Of a stretch of DNA of 64,000 bases, positions 9,757-19,074 are shown piece after piece. Under the pieces are notes generated by a model. It was not told the origin of the DNA. It saw nothing but the letters and a program-made list of their open reading frames with translations, and made no database searches. Every line of letters starts with the position of its first letter. Positions within the stretch are counted from its first letter, which is position 1. Made by a program: the position numbers and the translations under genes. The stretch is from an uncultured Pelagibacteraceae bacterium (lineage in GTDB: Bacteria; Pseudomonadota; Alphaproteobacteria; Pelagibacterales; Pelagibacteraceae): positions 1,530 through 65,529 of the forward strand of contig CACPFN010000006.1 of the NCBI GenBank assembly GCA_902633185.1, given 5' to 3'.

Positions 9757-10594
9757 TATACTCGATATCTTGCATTATTATCTCATGCTCTTTTATTGTA
9801 AGTTTTTTATCTTCTTTTACAAAATATAATTTAATTAAATCACCAATAGATAGCACTGTATGTAAGACTTTTCCCAAATTGTTTACATAAATTTTTCCTG
9901 ATTTATTATAATTTTCTAAGTTTCCTTTTTTTAAGATTTCATTTCCAATTTGTCTGTATACTCGTCTTGCAACCAAAATCGAAAATCTTAAAAAAAATGG
10001 AATTTTTTTAATTGATATAAAAGAATTATTATAAAATTTGTCAGCGATTTTTAGAATTCTTTTAATTTCATCAAAATTCTTTTTTATATAAAACCTATTA
10101 TTGCTTTCATCTTCAATAACATCTCTTGAAATATTAGTTAATTGCATTGCAATACCTAAGTCAATCGCTCCTAAAAGTGCTGATTTTTCTTTGACATTTA
10201 AAATTTTTGCCATCATTAATCCAACTGTTCCAGCCACTCTATATGAATAAACATATAGATCTTTGTCAGTGTTGATTTCTACTTTTGATTTTATATCGGC
10301 CTCGACGCCATCGAATAAATCATCAATTATTTTTTGTGATATTCCAAATTTATTTATTAAAGCCCACATATTTTTAATTATTTGGTTATTTTCATTTTTT
10401 AATTTGAAATCTTCTTTGAAAATATTGAAATTTTTTAATTTCGTATCAAGATCACCTTTTTCATCTGCTATATTGTCTATGTATCTGCAAAAATCGTACA
10501 AATTAGAGCAATCAGAGTAGACTTGTTTTGGTAAAAAGAAACCTGCCCAATTAAAAGATTTAGCGTATATCGACAAATAATTTTGTTCATTCAT
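9743..10594 (-). CDS. crtB: Phytoene synthase
   Basis: KSF, LYDFCRYIDNIAD, YSYRVAGTVGLMM, LGIAMQLTNISRDVIED. Confidence 0.93.
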   Translation of the reverse strand: MNEQNYLSIYAKSFNWAGFFLPKQVYSDCSNLYDFCRYIDNIADEKGDLDTKLKNFNIFKEDFKLKNENNQIIKNMWALINKFGISQKIIDDLFDGVEADIKSKVEINTDKDLYVYSYRVAGTVGLMMAKILNVKEKSALLGAIDLGIAMQLTNISRDVIEDESNNRFYIKKNFDEIKRILKIADKFYNNSFISIKKIPFFLRFSILVARRVYRQIGNEILKKGNLENYNKSGKIYVNNLGKVLHTVLSIGDLIKLYFVKEDKKLTIKEHEIIMQDIEYNERF

Positions 10595-12051
10595 TACAAA
10601 ATTTTATCTAAGACCTTTGCGGATGATAGGACCCCTGGAACACCAGCTCCAGGATGAGTGCCCGCTCCAACAAAATATAAACCGTCATAAACCTCAGATT
10701 TATTATGAAATCTAAAATATGCTGATTGAGAAAATTTTGGCTGAATTGAAAAACCAGAGCCATATTTTGTGTTTAATTCATTCTCAAAATAATCAGGGGT
10801 TAAATAAAAATCATCTACAATATTTTCTCTTAAGTTAGGTAATAAACTTTTTTCCATTTTATCTATTACAAGTTTTTTTAGATTCTCACCTTCGACTGAC
10901 CAGTCTATCCCTGATTTATTATTAGGTACAGGCACTAATACATAAAAGCAATCGTGGTCTTTTGGTGCCATACTTGAATCTGTTGCGGTAGGTCTATGTA
11001 GGTAATAGCTTATATCGTTATTTAATTTTTTGTTAACAAATATATCATCCAAGTGTTCTTTGTACTTATCACCAAACTTTATAGTATGATGTTCAACGTT
11101 TTGATATTTTTTCTTCGTTCCAAAATAATAAACAAACAATCCCATTGAATATTCCATTCTATTTATCTTCCAATTAAATAAGGTGTTATATTTTTGATTA
11201 TTTAGCATTTTTGAATAAACACCGGGAGGATCTGCATTACAAACTACGTTATCTGCTTTAATTTCCTCGTCTTCACTTGTCACAACCCCGACAACTCTTT
11301 TATTTTCTGTAAGCAAGTTTTTAACTTCTTTACCTTTAATAATTGTAACATCTTCTTCTAACATCAATTTCTCAAAACCTTTTATGATTTGTCCCGTTCC
11401 ACCCATAGAATAATGAATTCCCCATTTTTTTTCTAAATACAAAATTAATCCATATATAGAGGTTGTAGTAAAAGGGTTCCCACCCACCAATAATGGGTGC
11501 ATACTAAATAGCCTTCTTAGTTTTTCATTTTCAATAAAACCACTAACCAAAGAATAAACAGATTTATAACTTTTTAAACTTAGCAATGCAGGAATTTGCT
11601 TAAACATAAATGAAGGTTTATCAAATGGCACATCTGATAATTCTGAATAACCCTTATCAAATATTTTTTTTGTAAATTTAAGTAAATTTCTGTAACCCAC
11701 AACATCTTTATGATTAATTATTGCAATCTGTTCTTCCATTTTCTTTTCATCAGCTGAATAATCAAAATGGCTTCCATCTTCAAAAACAAATCTGTACCAA
11801 GTATCCAAATCTTTTATTTTTATGTAATCATCTGGATTTTTATTAAAAAGTTTAAAAATTTCATAAATTAAATAAGGAGCAGTTATTACAGTTGGTCCAC
11901 CATCATAAGTAAACCCATTACTTTTAAATACTCTCGCTCTTCCACCTAAATCTTTTTGTTTTTCAATTAAAGTGACTTTATGACCTTTTGCCCGAAGTCT
12001 AAGAGCTGCTGCTATGCCACCAAAACCTGATCCAATTACAATTGAATTCAT
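10594..12051 (-). CDS. crtI: Phytoene desaturase
   Basis: VIGSGFGGIAAALRL, GGRA, DGGPTVIT, LLVGGNPF, GAGTHPGAGVPGV. Confidence 0.96.
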   Translation of the reverse strand: MNSIVIGSGFGGIAAALRLRAKGHKVTLIEKQKDLGGRARVFKSNGFTYDGGPTVITAPYLIYEIFKLFNKNPDDYIKIKDLDTWYRFVFEDGSHFDYSADEKKMEEQIAIINHKDVVGYRNLLKFTKKIFDKGYSELSDVPFDKPSFMFKQIPALLSLKSYKSVYSLVSGFIENEKLRRLFSMHPLLVGGNPFTTTSIYGLILYLEKKWGIHYSMGGTGQIIKGFEKLMLEEDVTIIKGKEVKNLLTENKRVVGVVTSEDEEIKADNVVCNADPPGVYSKMLNNQKYNTLFNWKINRMEYSMGLFVYYFGTKKKYQNVEHHTIKFGDKYKEHLDDIFVNKKLNNDISYYLHRPTATDSSMAPKDHDCFYVLVPVPNNKSGIDWSVEGENLKKLVIDKMEKSLLPNLRENIVDDFYLTPDYFENELNTKYGSGFSIQPKFSQSAYFRFHNKSEVYDGLYFVGAGTHPGAGVPGVLSSAKVLDKIL

Positions 12052-12099
12052 ATTCCTTAATTTACATTATTTTTATAAAATTTGATAAACTATCTTAGT

Positions 12100-12597
12100 T
12101 TAAGAACTGATTTTCTTTAATTCTGTCTTTGTTTCTTCAAGATTTTTATTAAACAAATTGTCAAGTTTAGACTTATCGACAGATGTTGTAATAATTTTTT
12201 TCACAGATTCTACAGCAATGTTAATTGATGTATCTTTAATTTCTTTAATGGCATTATCCTTCATTTGAGAGATTTTAGTTTCTGCTAGACCTTTCTTGAG
12301 TTCAGCTGATTTATGAAATTTGTCATTCATTTCAATTACAAATCTTTCAGTTTCATCTTTTGACTGCTGCATAATCTTTTCACTCTCAATTTTTGCAGCA
12401 TCTAGCTTCTTTTGCGCCTCATCCAATAGTCTTTTAGATTCAGCTCGGAGTTTTTCACTTTCGTCAATTTCATTTTTGATATCAGTAATCATTTTGCTCA
12501 ATAAATTATTAACATTCTGTGGAACTTTTAAATAAATTAGCGCCCCAAAAAATATTACAAAAGATACTGCTACCCAAAATGTTGCATCAAATGCCAT
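12100..12597 (-). CDS. atpF: F0F1 ATP synthase subunit b
   Basis: Likely start MAFDATFWVAVSF (ATG 12597, overlapping the end of b'); N-terminal TM plus coiled coil. Confidence 0.9.
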   Translation of the reverse strand: MAFDATFWVAVSFVIFFGALIYLKVPQNVNNLLSKMITDIKNEIDESEKLRAESKRLLDEAQKKLDAAKIESEKIMQQSKDETERFVIEMNDKFHKSAELKKGLAETKISQMKDNAIKEIKDTSINIAVESVKKIITTSVDKSKLDNLFNKNLEETKTELKKISS

Positions 12598-13177
12598 TAT
12601 GTTTTTCCATTTCTTTTTTAGAAAGATCTTCAACTATGGCTGAAAGACTACTTTTATTTATATCTTCACCAATTAATTGTTTAACTAGATCGGAGGATGT
12701 CTCAATTGCAATTTTAGTAACTTTCTCTTGAGAAGTTTTTTTTAATTGGTCTATTTCTTCTTCAGCTTTTATTATTTCTTTTTCGATATCCTTTTCTAAA
12801 GATAATCTTTTATTGTTTATATCGTCCAAAACTTTTTGTCTTTCACTATTAAAGAAGTTTTTTGCTTCGACTTTTGTATCATTGATAATTTTATCAAATT
12901 CTTTAACTTTTTTTTCAGTTTCTTCCCGTTGCTTGTCTGCAGTTTCGATATTCTCTAAGATTTGTGATTTTCTGGTTTCAAGATTGTTACTAATCTTTGG
13001 TAGTATGAACTTAGATAAAATTATAAACAATAATCCAAAGGTAAGTACTAACCAAAAAATTTGAGATATCCAAAACTCGGGATTAAGCTGGGGCATACCT
13101 CCACTCTCAGCGCTTTGAGCGCTATAAGTAAAGATAAGACTTAAAGCTAGAAATTGAAAAATTATCTTTTTCAACAT
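12587..13177 (-). CDS. F0F1 ATP synthase subunit b'
   Basis: GGMPQL...SQIFWL...LPKI motif typical of alphaproteobacterial b'. Confidence 0.9.
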   Translation of the reverse strand: MLKKIIFQFLALSLIFTYSAQSAESGGMPQLNPEFWISQIFWLVLTFGLLFIILSKFILPKISNNLETRKSQILENIETADKQREETEKKVKEFDKIINDTKVEAKNFFNSERQKVLDDINNKRLSLEKDIEKEIIKAEEEIDQLKKTSQEKVTKIAIETSSDLVKQLIGEDINKSSLSAIVEDLSKKEMEKHNGI

Positions 13178-13180
13178 TAA

Positions 13181-13408
13181 TTAAAACGCGAAAAGAATAA
13201 TTAATGCAACAACTAATCCAAATAAACCAGTCGCTTCCGCTAATGCAAAGCCTAATAGCAAGTTTGGAAACTGCTTTTGAGCTGCAGATGGATTTCTCAT
13301 TGCACCTGAAAGATAATTTCCAAAAATTATCCCAATTCCAACTCCTGCACCTGCAAGTGCAATTGCTGCTAGTCCTGCTCCTATCATTTTTGCTGCTTCT
13401 AATTCCAT
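13181..13408 (-). CDS. atpE: F0F1 ATP synthase subunit c
   Basis: GAGVGIG, RNP, FALAEA (H+-binding Glu); RBS GGAGG upstream. Confidence 0.97.
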   Translation of the reverse strand: MELEAAKMIGAGLAAIALAGAGVGIGIIFGNYLSGAMRNPSAAQKQFPNLLLGFALAEATGLFGLVVALIILFAF

Positions 13409-13427
13409 TATATCCTCCTTATGTTAA

Positions 13428-14159
13428 TTAATGGTGTAAATTTAATGCATCATTCAAATAGATACATGTTAAAATTGCAAATACATATGCTTGAAGAAAA
13501 GCAACTAATATCTCCAAACCTGTTAATGCAACTGAAAAACCTAGTGGTAGCCAGCCCCCAACAATTCCTAAGCTAACTACGAAACCTCCAAAAACTTTCA
13601 TCATCGTATGGCCTGCCATCATATTTGCAAACAATCTAACTGATAAGCTAATTGGTCTACTTAAGTATGAAATTATTTCTATAACAACTATTAATGGCAA
13701 TAAAACCATTGGAACTCCACTTGGCACAAAAAGTTTTAAGTATCCAAGTCCATGTTTAATAAATCCAATTATTGTTACTCCTATAAATATAAATGCTGCT
13801 AATACAAAAGTCACAATGATGTGGCTAGTGACAGTAAAAGAGTATGGTATCATCCCAAACATGTTACAAAATAAAACAAACATGAATAAAGAAAATATGA
13901 AAGAAAAGTAAGGCTTAGCTTTCGATCCAGCTGTATCACTTATCATTTTTGAAATAAATGAGTAACTGAGTTCCGCAAGTAATTGAATTTTATTTGGTAT
14001 GATAGATCTCTTCGTGCCTAAATTAAAAATAATTAATATTGCTAGTGAACTTATGACCATAAACAAACTCGCATTTGTGAATGAAATATCTATGTTATTT
14101 ATTTTAATTTCTGGACCAATTCGGTACACGTTGAATTGGTACATTGGATTTGCTGCCAT
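13428..14159 (-). CDS. atpB: F0F1 ATP synthase subunit a
   Basis: SRPISLSVRLFANMMAGH, LEILVAFLQAYVF. Confidence 0.97.
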   Translation of the reverse strand: MAANPMYQFNVYRIGPEIKINNIDISFTNASLFMVISSLAILIIFNLGTKRSIIPNKIQLLAELSYSFISKMISDTAGSKAKPYFSFIFSLFMFVLFCNMFGMIPYSFTVTSHIIVTFVLAAFIFIGVTIIGFIKHGLGYLKLFVPSGVPMVLLPLIVVIEIISYLSRPISLSVRLFANMMAGHTMMKVFGGFVVSLGIVGGWLPLGFSVALTGLEILVAFLQAYVFAILTCIYLNDALNLHH

Positions 14160-14166
14160 TTGCCTA

Positions 14167-14442
14167 CTATTTTTGCATTTTTTTTGCTGATCTAATAACG
14201 TTCATAATTCCAGCTATTACACCAATAAAAAAAAATATTAAAATTAACCAGGGTTTAGTACCAAACCAATTGTCTAAAATAAACCCAATAATTGTCCCAA
14301 CAGCTACTGCAGATACCAATTCCGTGCTCATTTTGAAGGCTGATCCCATACTTGAGCCTTTATTTCCCTCTTCAGATTTTTTGTCTTTGTCAGTTTTATT
14401 TTTTGCAATTTTTAGGCGAGTTTTAAACTGGTCATCATCCAT
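14167..14442 (-). CDS. atpI: AtpZ/AtpI family protein
   Basis: ELVSAVAVG...GFILDNWFGTKPW; first gene of the F0 cluster. Confidence 0.88.
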   Translation of the reverse strand: MDDDQFKTRLKIAKNKTDKDKKSEEGNKGSSMGSAFKMSTELVSAVAVGTIIGFILDNWFGTKPWLILIFFFIGVIAGIMNVIRSAKKMQK

Positions 14443-14444
14443 TA

Positions 14445-17018
14445 TTAAGCAACCATACTCTCTGCTTTTTGAAGATCTACAGCAACTAGTTGGCTAATTC
14501 CTTTTTCTGGCATTGTTACGCCGTATAGTCTGTCCATTTTAGACATTGTTAGAGCGTGGTGAGTTACAATAATAAATCTTGTAGATGTAATTTTAGTTAG
14601 TTCCGTCAAAAGATTGCAAAATCTTGTTACATTCGCATCATCTAGAGGTGCATCTACTTCATCTAGAACACATATTGGAGCTGGATTAGTAAGAAACACT
14701 GCAAAGATTAAAGATAAAGCAGTCAGGGCTTGTTCACCTCCAGATAATAAAGTTATTGATTGTAATCTTTTTCCTGGTGGACTTACCAACATTTCTAATC
14801 CTGCATCTAAAGGATCATCAGAGTCTACTAGCTCTAGTTTTGCACTACCTCCATTAAATAGTTTGGTATAAACTTCATTGAACTTTCTATTCACTTTTTC
14901 AAAAGCATCTAATAGTCTTTCCCTACCTTTCTGATTGAGTTCAGTAATACTTTCTTTTAACTTTATAATTGCAGTAACTAAATCTTGTCTATCTTTTTCC
15001 ATTTTCTTAATTTCATCTTCATATTTTGAAGTCTCCTCGTCTGCTCTTAAGTTAACCGAGCCTAATTTTTCTCTTTCCCTTTTTCTTTCATCAAGCAATT
15101 CCTCTTGAGTTACTGTATCTGGATATTCAGATACATCTTTTAAGTTTGAAAAATTCAGTATCTCTTCTTCTTTTAAATTAAGTTCTGTTGATACTCTTTC
15201 TAGCAAATCATTTCTTCTTTTATTCAAACCATCGATTGTTGCTCCAGAGCTTGCCTTTCGTTCTCTTATTTCAATAGACTCTTCTTTTGTTGTATTTAGA
15301 TTACTTCTTAATTCGTTAATCTCTTTATCTAGCTCATCTATTAATATTTCATTATCACTTTTTTCTTTTTCAGAAATTCTTAAACTTTCTGATATTTGTC
15401 CTTTTCTTTCAGCTTGTGTTTGAGGTTGTTTTTCAAGGCTATCTAATTTTTTTTGTTGAGTATCTTTTCTACTATTTAATTCATTAATCATTTTTTCAGA
15501 ATTTACCAATAAGTTTTTCCAACTTTCTATTTCTTGGTCAATTATTTTAATTCTTTCACTTCTTTTTATTGACTCTTTTTTAATATTTTGATTTGTACTA
15601 AATGCTTCAGCGTATTCTTCTTGTAGACTTTTGATTTCTTCGTTTTTCTTAGTTACTGTTATCGCTAAATCGTTGTCATGCATTTCATTAATTTTCATTT
15701 TTAAAAATGAAAGATTTATTTTGCATTCATCTATTAAATTAGTTGCACCATTGATATTGTTCTCTGAGAGCATTTCTTTTGCTTTATCTAACTGCTCACT
15801 TGCTAAATCAATAGTTTCTGAGTTCTTTTTTAGAGTATCAAGGTTTAGATTTTCTAGTATTCTCTCTAATTTATCTTGCTCATCTTTTAATTTTCCTTTT
15901 GCATTTACAAGATCTAAACCTGACAATTTTTCAGTTTCATAATATTTTGAATCGACTGTAATTAAATTTTCTTTTTCTTCTCTAAGTCTTTTTTCATTAG
16001 AGTTTGCATCAATGATTATGCTTTTTTCTCTAACAATATCGTCATCAATTACACCTAAAGCCTTTCTAATTGATTGTATTTCATCATTAACCCTGTCTTT
16101 TTCCTCATCTAAACTTTTTAACTCTAAATTTAATCTTTGAATTTTTGACAAGTTTTCTTGATTTTTTTCTCTTATAGGATTTACATTTTTATTCTTTTCA
16201 ATAATTTTCATGCTTAAATCCTCTAATTTATCATTGAAGGACTTAACTTGATCATCAGCCTCATTGTTGATCTCATTCTCTACTTTAATTTCATTATCAA
16301 TTTCTAAAAGACGTAAATAATATAAACCTGCCTCAACTTTTTTTATTTCTTCTGAAATGGATTTGTATTTTGCTGCCTCTTCAGCTTGCTTTTGCAAATT
16401 TGCTAATTGTCTTTCCTGTTGTCTTCTTAATTCATCTGCCCTTTTTAAATTATTTTCAGCCGCACCCAATCTTAATTCTGCTTCGTGTCTTCTAACATGT
16501 AAACCTGCTATACCAGCTGCTTCTTCTAAAATAGCTCTTCGATCTGAAGGTTTTGCCGTAACCAATGCTCCAATTCTACCTTGACTAATAATCGAAGGTG
16601 AATGAGCACCTGTTGACAAATCTGCAAAAAACATTTGAGCATCTTTAGCTCTAACTTCTTTCCCATTTATATAAAATTTTGAGCCTTTATCTTTTTCTAT
16701 TTTTCTTCTTATTTCAATTTCATCAAGCTCATTATATTGTAGAGGACCATCCTTGTTGTCATTTGATAAGCTCACTAAAACTTCTGCAATATTTTTTGAT
16801 GGTTTGTTTGAAGTTCCAGAAAATATAACGTCTTCCATTCCTGAACCTCTCATACTTTTTGCCGATGTCTCACCCATACACCATCGCAACGACTCCACTA
16901 TATTTGATTTGCCACAACCGTTTGGACCAACTATCCCAGTTAAACCTTCTTCAATCAAGAAATTAGTTTTTTCAGCAAAAGACTTAAATCCATTTAGTTG
17001 GATTTTTTTAAATTCCAT
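14445..17018 (-). CDS. smc: Chromosome segregation protein SMC, short 857-aa form
   Basis: GFKSF, Walker A GPNGCGKSN, Q-loop IISQG, signature LSGGE, Walker B/D-loop LDEVDAPLD, H-loop VTHH; long coiled coils; no hinge recognised. Confidence 0.95.
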   Translation of the reverse strand: MEFKKIQLNGFKSFAEKTNFLIEEGLTGIVGPNGCGKSNIVESLRWCMGETSAKSMRGSGMEDVIFSGTSNKPSKNIAEVLVSLSNDNKDGPLQYNELDEIEIRRKIEKDKGSKFYINGKEVRAKDAQMFFADLSTGAHSPSIISQGRIGALVTAKPSDRRAILEEAAGIAGLHVRRHEAELRLGAAENNLKRADELRRQQERQLANLQKQAEEAAKYKSISEEIKKVEAGLYYLRLLEIDNEIKVENEINNEADDQVKSFNDKLEDLSMKIIEKNKNVNPIREKNQENLSKIQRLNLELKSLDEEKDRVNDEIQSIRKALGVIDDDIVREKSIIIDANSNEKRLREEKENLITVDSKYYETEKLSGLDLVNAKGKLKDEQDKLERILENLNLDTLKKNSETIDLASEQLDKAKEMLSENNINGATNLIDECKINLSFLKMKINEMHDNDLAITVTKKNEEIKSLQEEYAEAFSTNQNIKKESIKRSERIKIIDQEIESWKNLLVNSEKMINELNSRKDTQQKKLDSLEKQPQTQAERKGQISESLRISEKEKSDNEILIDELDKEINELRSNLNTTKEESIEIRERKASSGATIDGLNKRRNDLLERVSTELNLKEEEILNFSNLKDVSEYPDTVTQEELLDERKREREKLGSVNLRADEETSKYEDEIKKMEKDRQDLVTAIIKLKESITELNQKGRERLLDAFEKVNRKFNEVYTKLFNGGSAKLELVDSDDPLDAGLEMLVSPPGKRLQSITLLSGGEQALTALSLIFAVFLTNPAPICVLDEVDAPLDDANVTRFCNLLTELTKITSTRFIIVTHHALTMSKMDRLYGVTMPEKGISQLVAVDLQKAESMVA

Positions 17019-17026
17019 TCACTGAC

Positions 17027-17602
17027 TTATATCAGTTTTTCAATGTATTTTTTTAATTTTTTGTAGTTTGAGTGATTTTCAAACTTTTTTCCGTTTATTA
17101 TGACTGTAGGAGTAGCATTCACTTTATACTTTTTAACACCCTCGATTCGGTCTTCTAAAATATGATCCTCTATTTTTTTATCCGCCAAGCACTTATCAAA
17201 ATCAAGATTATATTCAGTATTATCAATAAATTTTTTCATTGCTTGATTTGCCTCTAATTCATTTTTTCCTTTTATCCACTTATCTTGATTTAAATATAAA
17301 TGATGCAAAATTTCATGCTCACCATCATTTCTACAATGTGCTAATTTAGTTGCATTGAATGCAATGATATCTAATGGAAAGCTTTTAAATTCTATTGAAA
17401 TCAATCCTTTATCAATAAAATCCTCTTTTAATTTAGGATATATATTTTTATGAAAATTTGCACAATGACTACAAGTTAAAGATTCAAAAACCATTAACTT
17501 AACTTTAGAGTCTGCACTCCCAACTAAAATTGGTTTAACTTCAGAATTAGCATTAATGAAATTAAAAAAAATTAAAATTGAGACAAGAATTATTTTTTTC
17601 AT
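17027..17602 (-). CDS. DsbA family thiol-disulfide oxidoreductase
   Basis: Signal peptide, SLTCSHCANFH (CxxC), FPLD, ATPT cis-Pro loop; conserved position upstream of smc. Confidence 0.9.
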   Translation of the reverse strand: MKKIILVSILIFFNFINANSEVKPILVGSADSKVKLMVFESLTCSHCANFHKNIYPKLKEDFIDKGLISIEFKSFPLDIIAFNATKLAHCRNDGEHEILHHLYLNQDKWIKGKNELEANQAMKKFIDNTEYNLDFDKCLADKKIEDHILEDRIEGVKKYKVNATPTVIINGKKFENHSNYKKLKKYIEKLI

Positions 17603-18081
17603 TTTATTTTAAAATGTTTACTTAGCTCTAACAGCGAGTTTTTTATTTTGACATTTTTAATATTATTTATGCTCTTTATATGTTTATTTTTTGTCGCATT
17701 AATAGCTGTATTTTTATGGCTTTCTTCAATTTTTCCATCAAATGTATTTAATTTAATGTCATCTAAAACATGATAGCCAAAAAAAATATTAATTTTTTTT
17801 ATTATTTCTTTTTTAGAATACTCAACGTCAACTTCATTTCCTCTTTTTACTAAAATATTTAAACGACTTCCAGATAACTTATTTGAACTTTTGTATGATT
17901 TAGGAAAGCTTACTTTAAATAAATCTTTACCTACTAAATATTTCCAATTGTCTAAAGTTTCATTATAAATTTTACCTTTTTTACTAATTATTCTTTTTGC
18001 TTCTGTGGGTAAAGTATCTTTAAAAGATCTTAAACCTTGAATGGAATTATATCTCTGCTTAGTATTATGTTTTTGACTCAT
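17599..18081 (-). CDS. DUF721/DciA family protein
   Basis: W..LVG..L, L.ILV, I..KIN.FFG...L..IKL pattern; mutY/DUF721/dsbA/smc synteny. Confidence 0.75.
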   Translation of the reverse strand: MSQKHNTKQRYNSIQGLRSFKDTLPTEAKRIISKKGKIYNETLDNWKYLVGKDLFKVSFPKSYKSSNKLSGSRLNILVKRGNEVDVEYSKKEIIKKINIFFGYHVLDDIKLNTFDGKIEESHKNTAINATKNKHIKSINNIKNVKIKNSLLELSKHFKIK

Positions 18082-19074
18082 ATGAATAATAAAAACATAC
18101 CAAATAAAATTCTACATTGGTACGATAATAATAAAAGAATTTTACCTTGGAGAAAAAAAGTTTCTCAGAAACAAAAAGAATATTTTACGTTTGTTAGTGA
18201 ATTTATGTTGCAGCAAACTCAAGTAAAAACTGTGATTCCTTATTTTGAAAAATTTGTAAAACAAATTCCAACCTTTCAATCATTGGCAGATGTTGATGAA
18301 AAAATCTTAATGAAACATTGGGAAGGCCTTGGTTATTATTCAAGAGCAAGAAATCTAAAAAAAAGTGCAATTAAAATTCTTAAAGATTTCAACGGCAAGT
18401 TGCCAAAATCTTATGAAAAGTTAATACAATTACCAGGTGTTGGTGAATATACATCTAAAGCAATAATGTCTATAGCATTTAACTTTAAAACTATCCCTTT
18501 AGATGGAAATGTAGAGAGAATTCTTAAAAGAACTCTCTATTTAAAAAAGCAGAATGAAATATCTAAAGATTTTTTAAAAACAAAAATTAATTTTTTTGGA
18601 CTGTCCGATCGTGCTAGTGATTACTCACAAGCAATTATGGAAATAGGTGCTTTAATTTGCAAACCAAAAAATCCAATTTGTAAAGAATGTCCATTAAGTA
18701 AAAATTGTATATCTTTAAAAAAAAATGATTTTGAGTTAACTAAAATTAATAAAGAAATAAAAACTAAATATTTTGAAGCGACTATCTACAAAAAACAAAA
18801 TAATTATTTATTGGTTAAAAATGATAAATTTAAATTTTTAAAAAACATGCCAATTTTCCCTATGACTGAAGTTCGAGAAAGTAAGTATAATTATTCAAAT
18901 AATAAAAAAATTAATATAAAATTATCTAATATGGAAATGAAAATTTTGTTAAATAACTCAAAAAGACCTCCAAAGATTAAAAATAAAATATTAATTAAAA
19001 AAGATAAATTAAGCTCAGAAATAATTCCATCATTTACTAAAAAAATATTTTATACCATCTCAAAATCTGAATGA
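18082..19074 (+). CDS. mutY: A/G-specific adenine glycosylase
   Basis: WY...KR.LPWR, SEFMLQQTQV, WEGLGYYSRA, HhH LPGVGEYT, LDGNV, C-x6-C-x2-C-x5-C 4Fe-4S; start 18082 (or 18067). Confidence 0.93.
   Translation: MNNKNIPNKILHWYDNNKRILPWRKKVSQKQKEYFTFVSEFMLQQTQVKTVIPYFEKFVKQIPTFQSLADVDEKILMKHWEGLGYYSRARNLKKSAIKILKDFNGKLPKSYEKLIQLPGVGEYTSKAIMSIAFNFKTIPLDGNVERILKRTLYLKKQNEISKDFLKTKINFFGLSDRASDYSQAIMEIGALICKPKNPICKECPLSKNCISLKKNDFELTKINKEIKTKYFEATIYKKQNNYLLVKNDKFKFLKNMPIFPMTEVRESKYNYSNNKKINIKLSNMEMKILLNNSKRPPKIKNKILIKKDKLSSEIIPSFTKKIFYTISKSE

Noticed and set aside
14445-17018. smc as a pseudogene, or as RecN/SbcC
   Set aside because: Single intact ORF with all ATPase motifs, Smc-specific sequences (GFKSF, LG.VNLRA, PPGK) and canonical smc synteny
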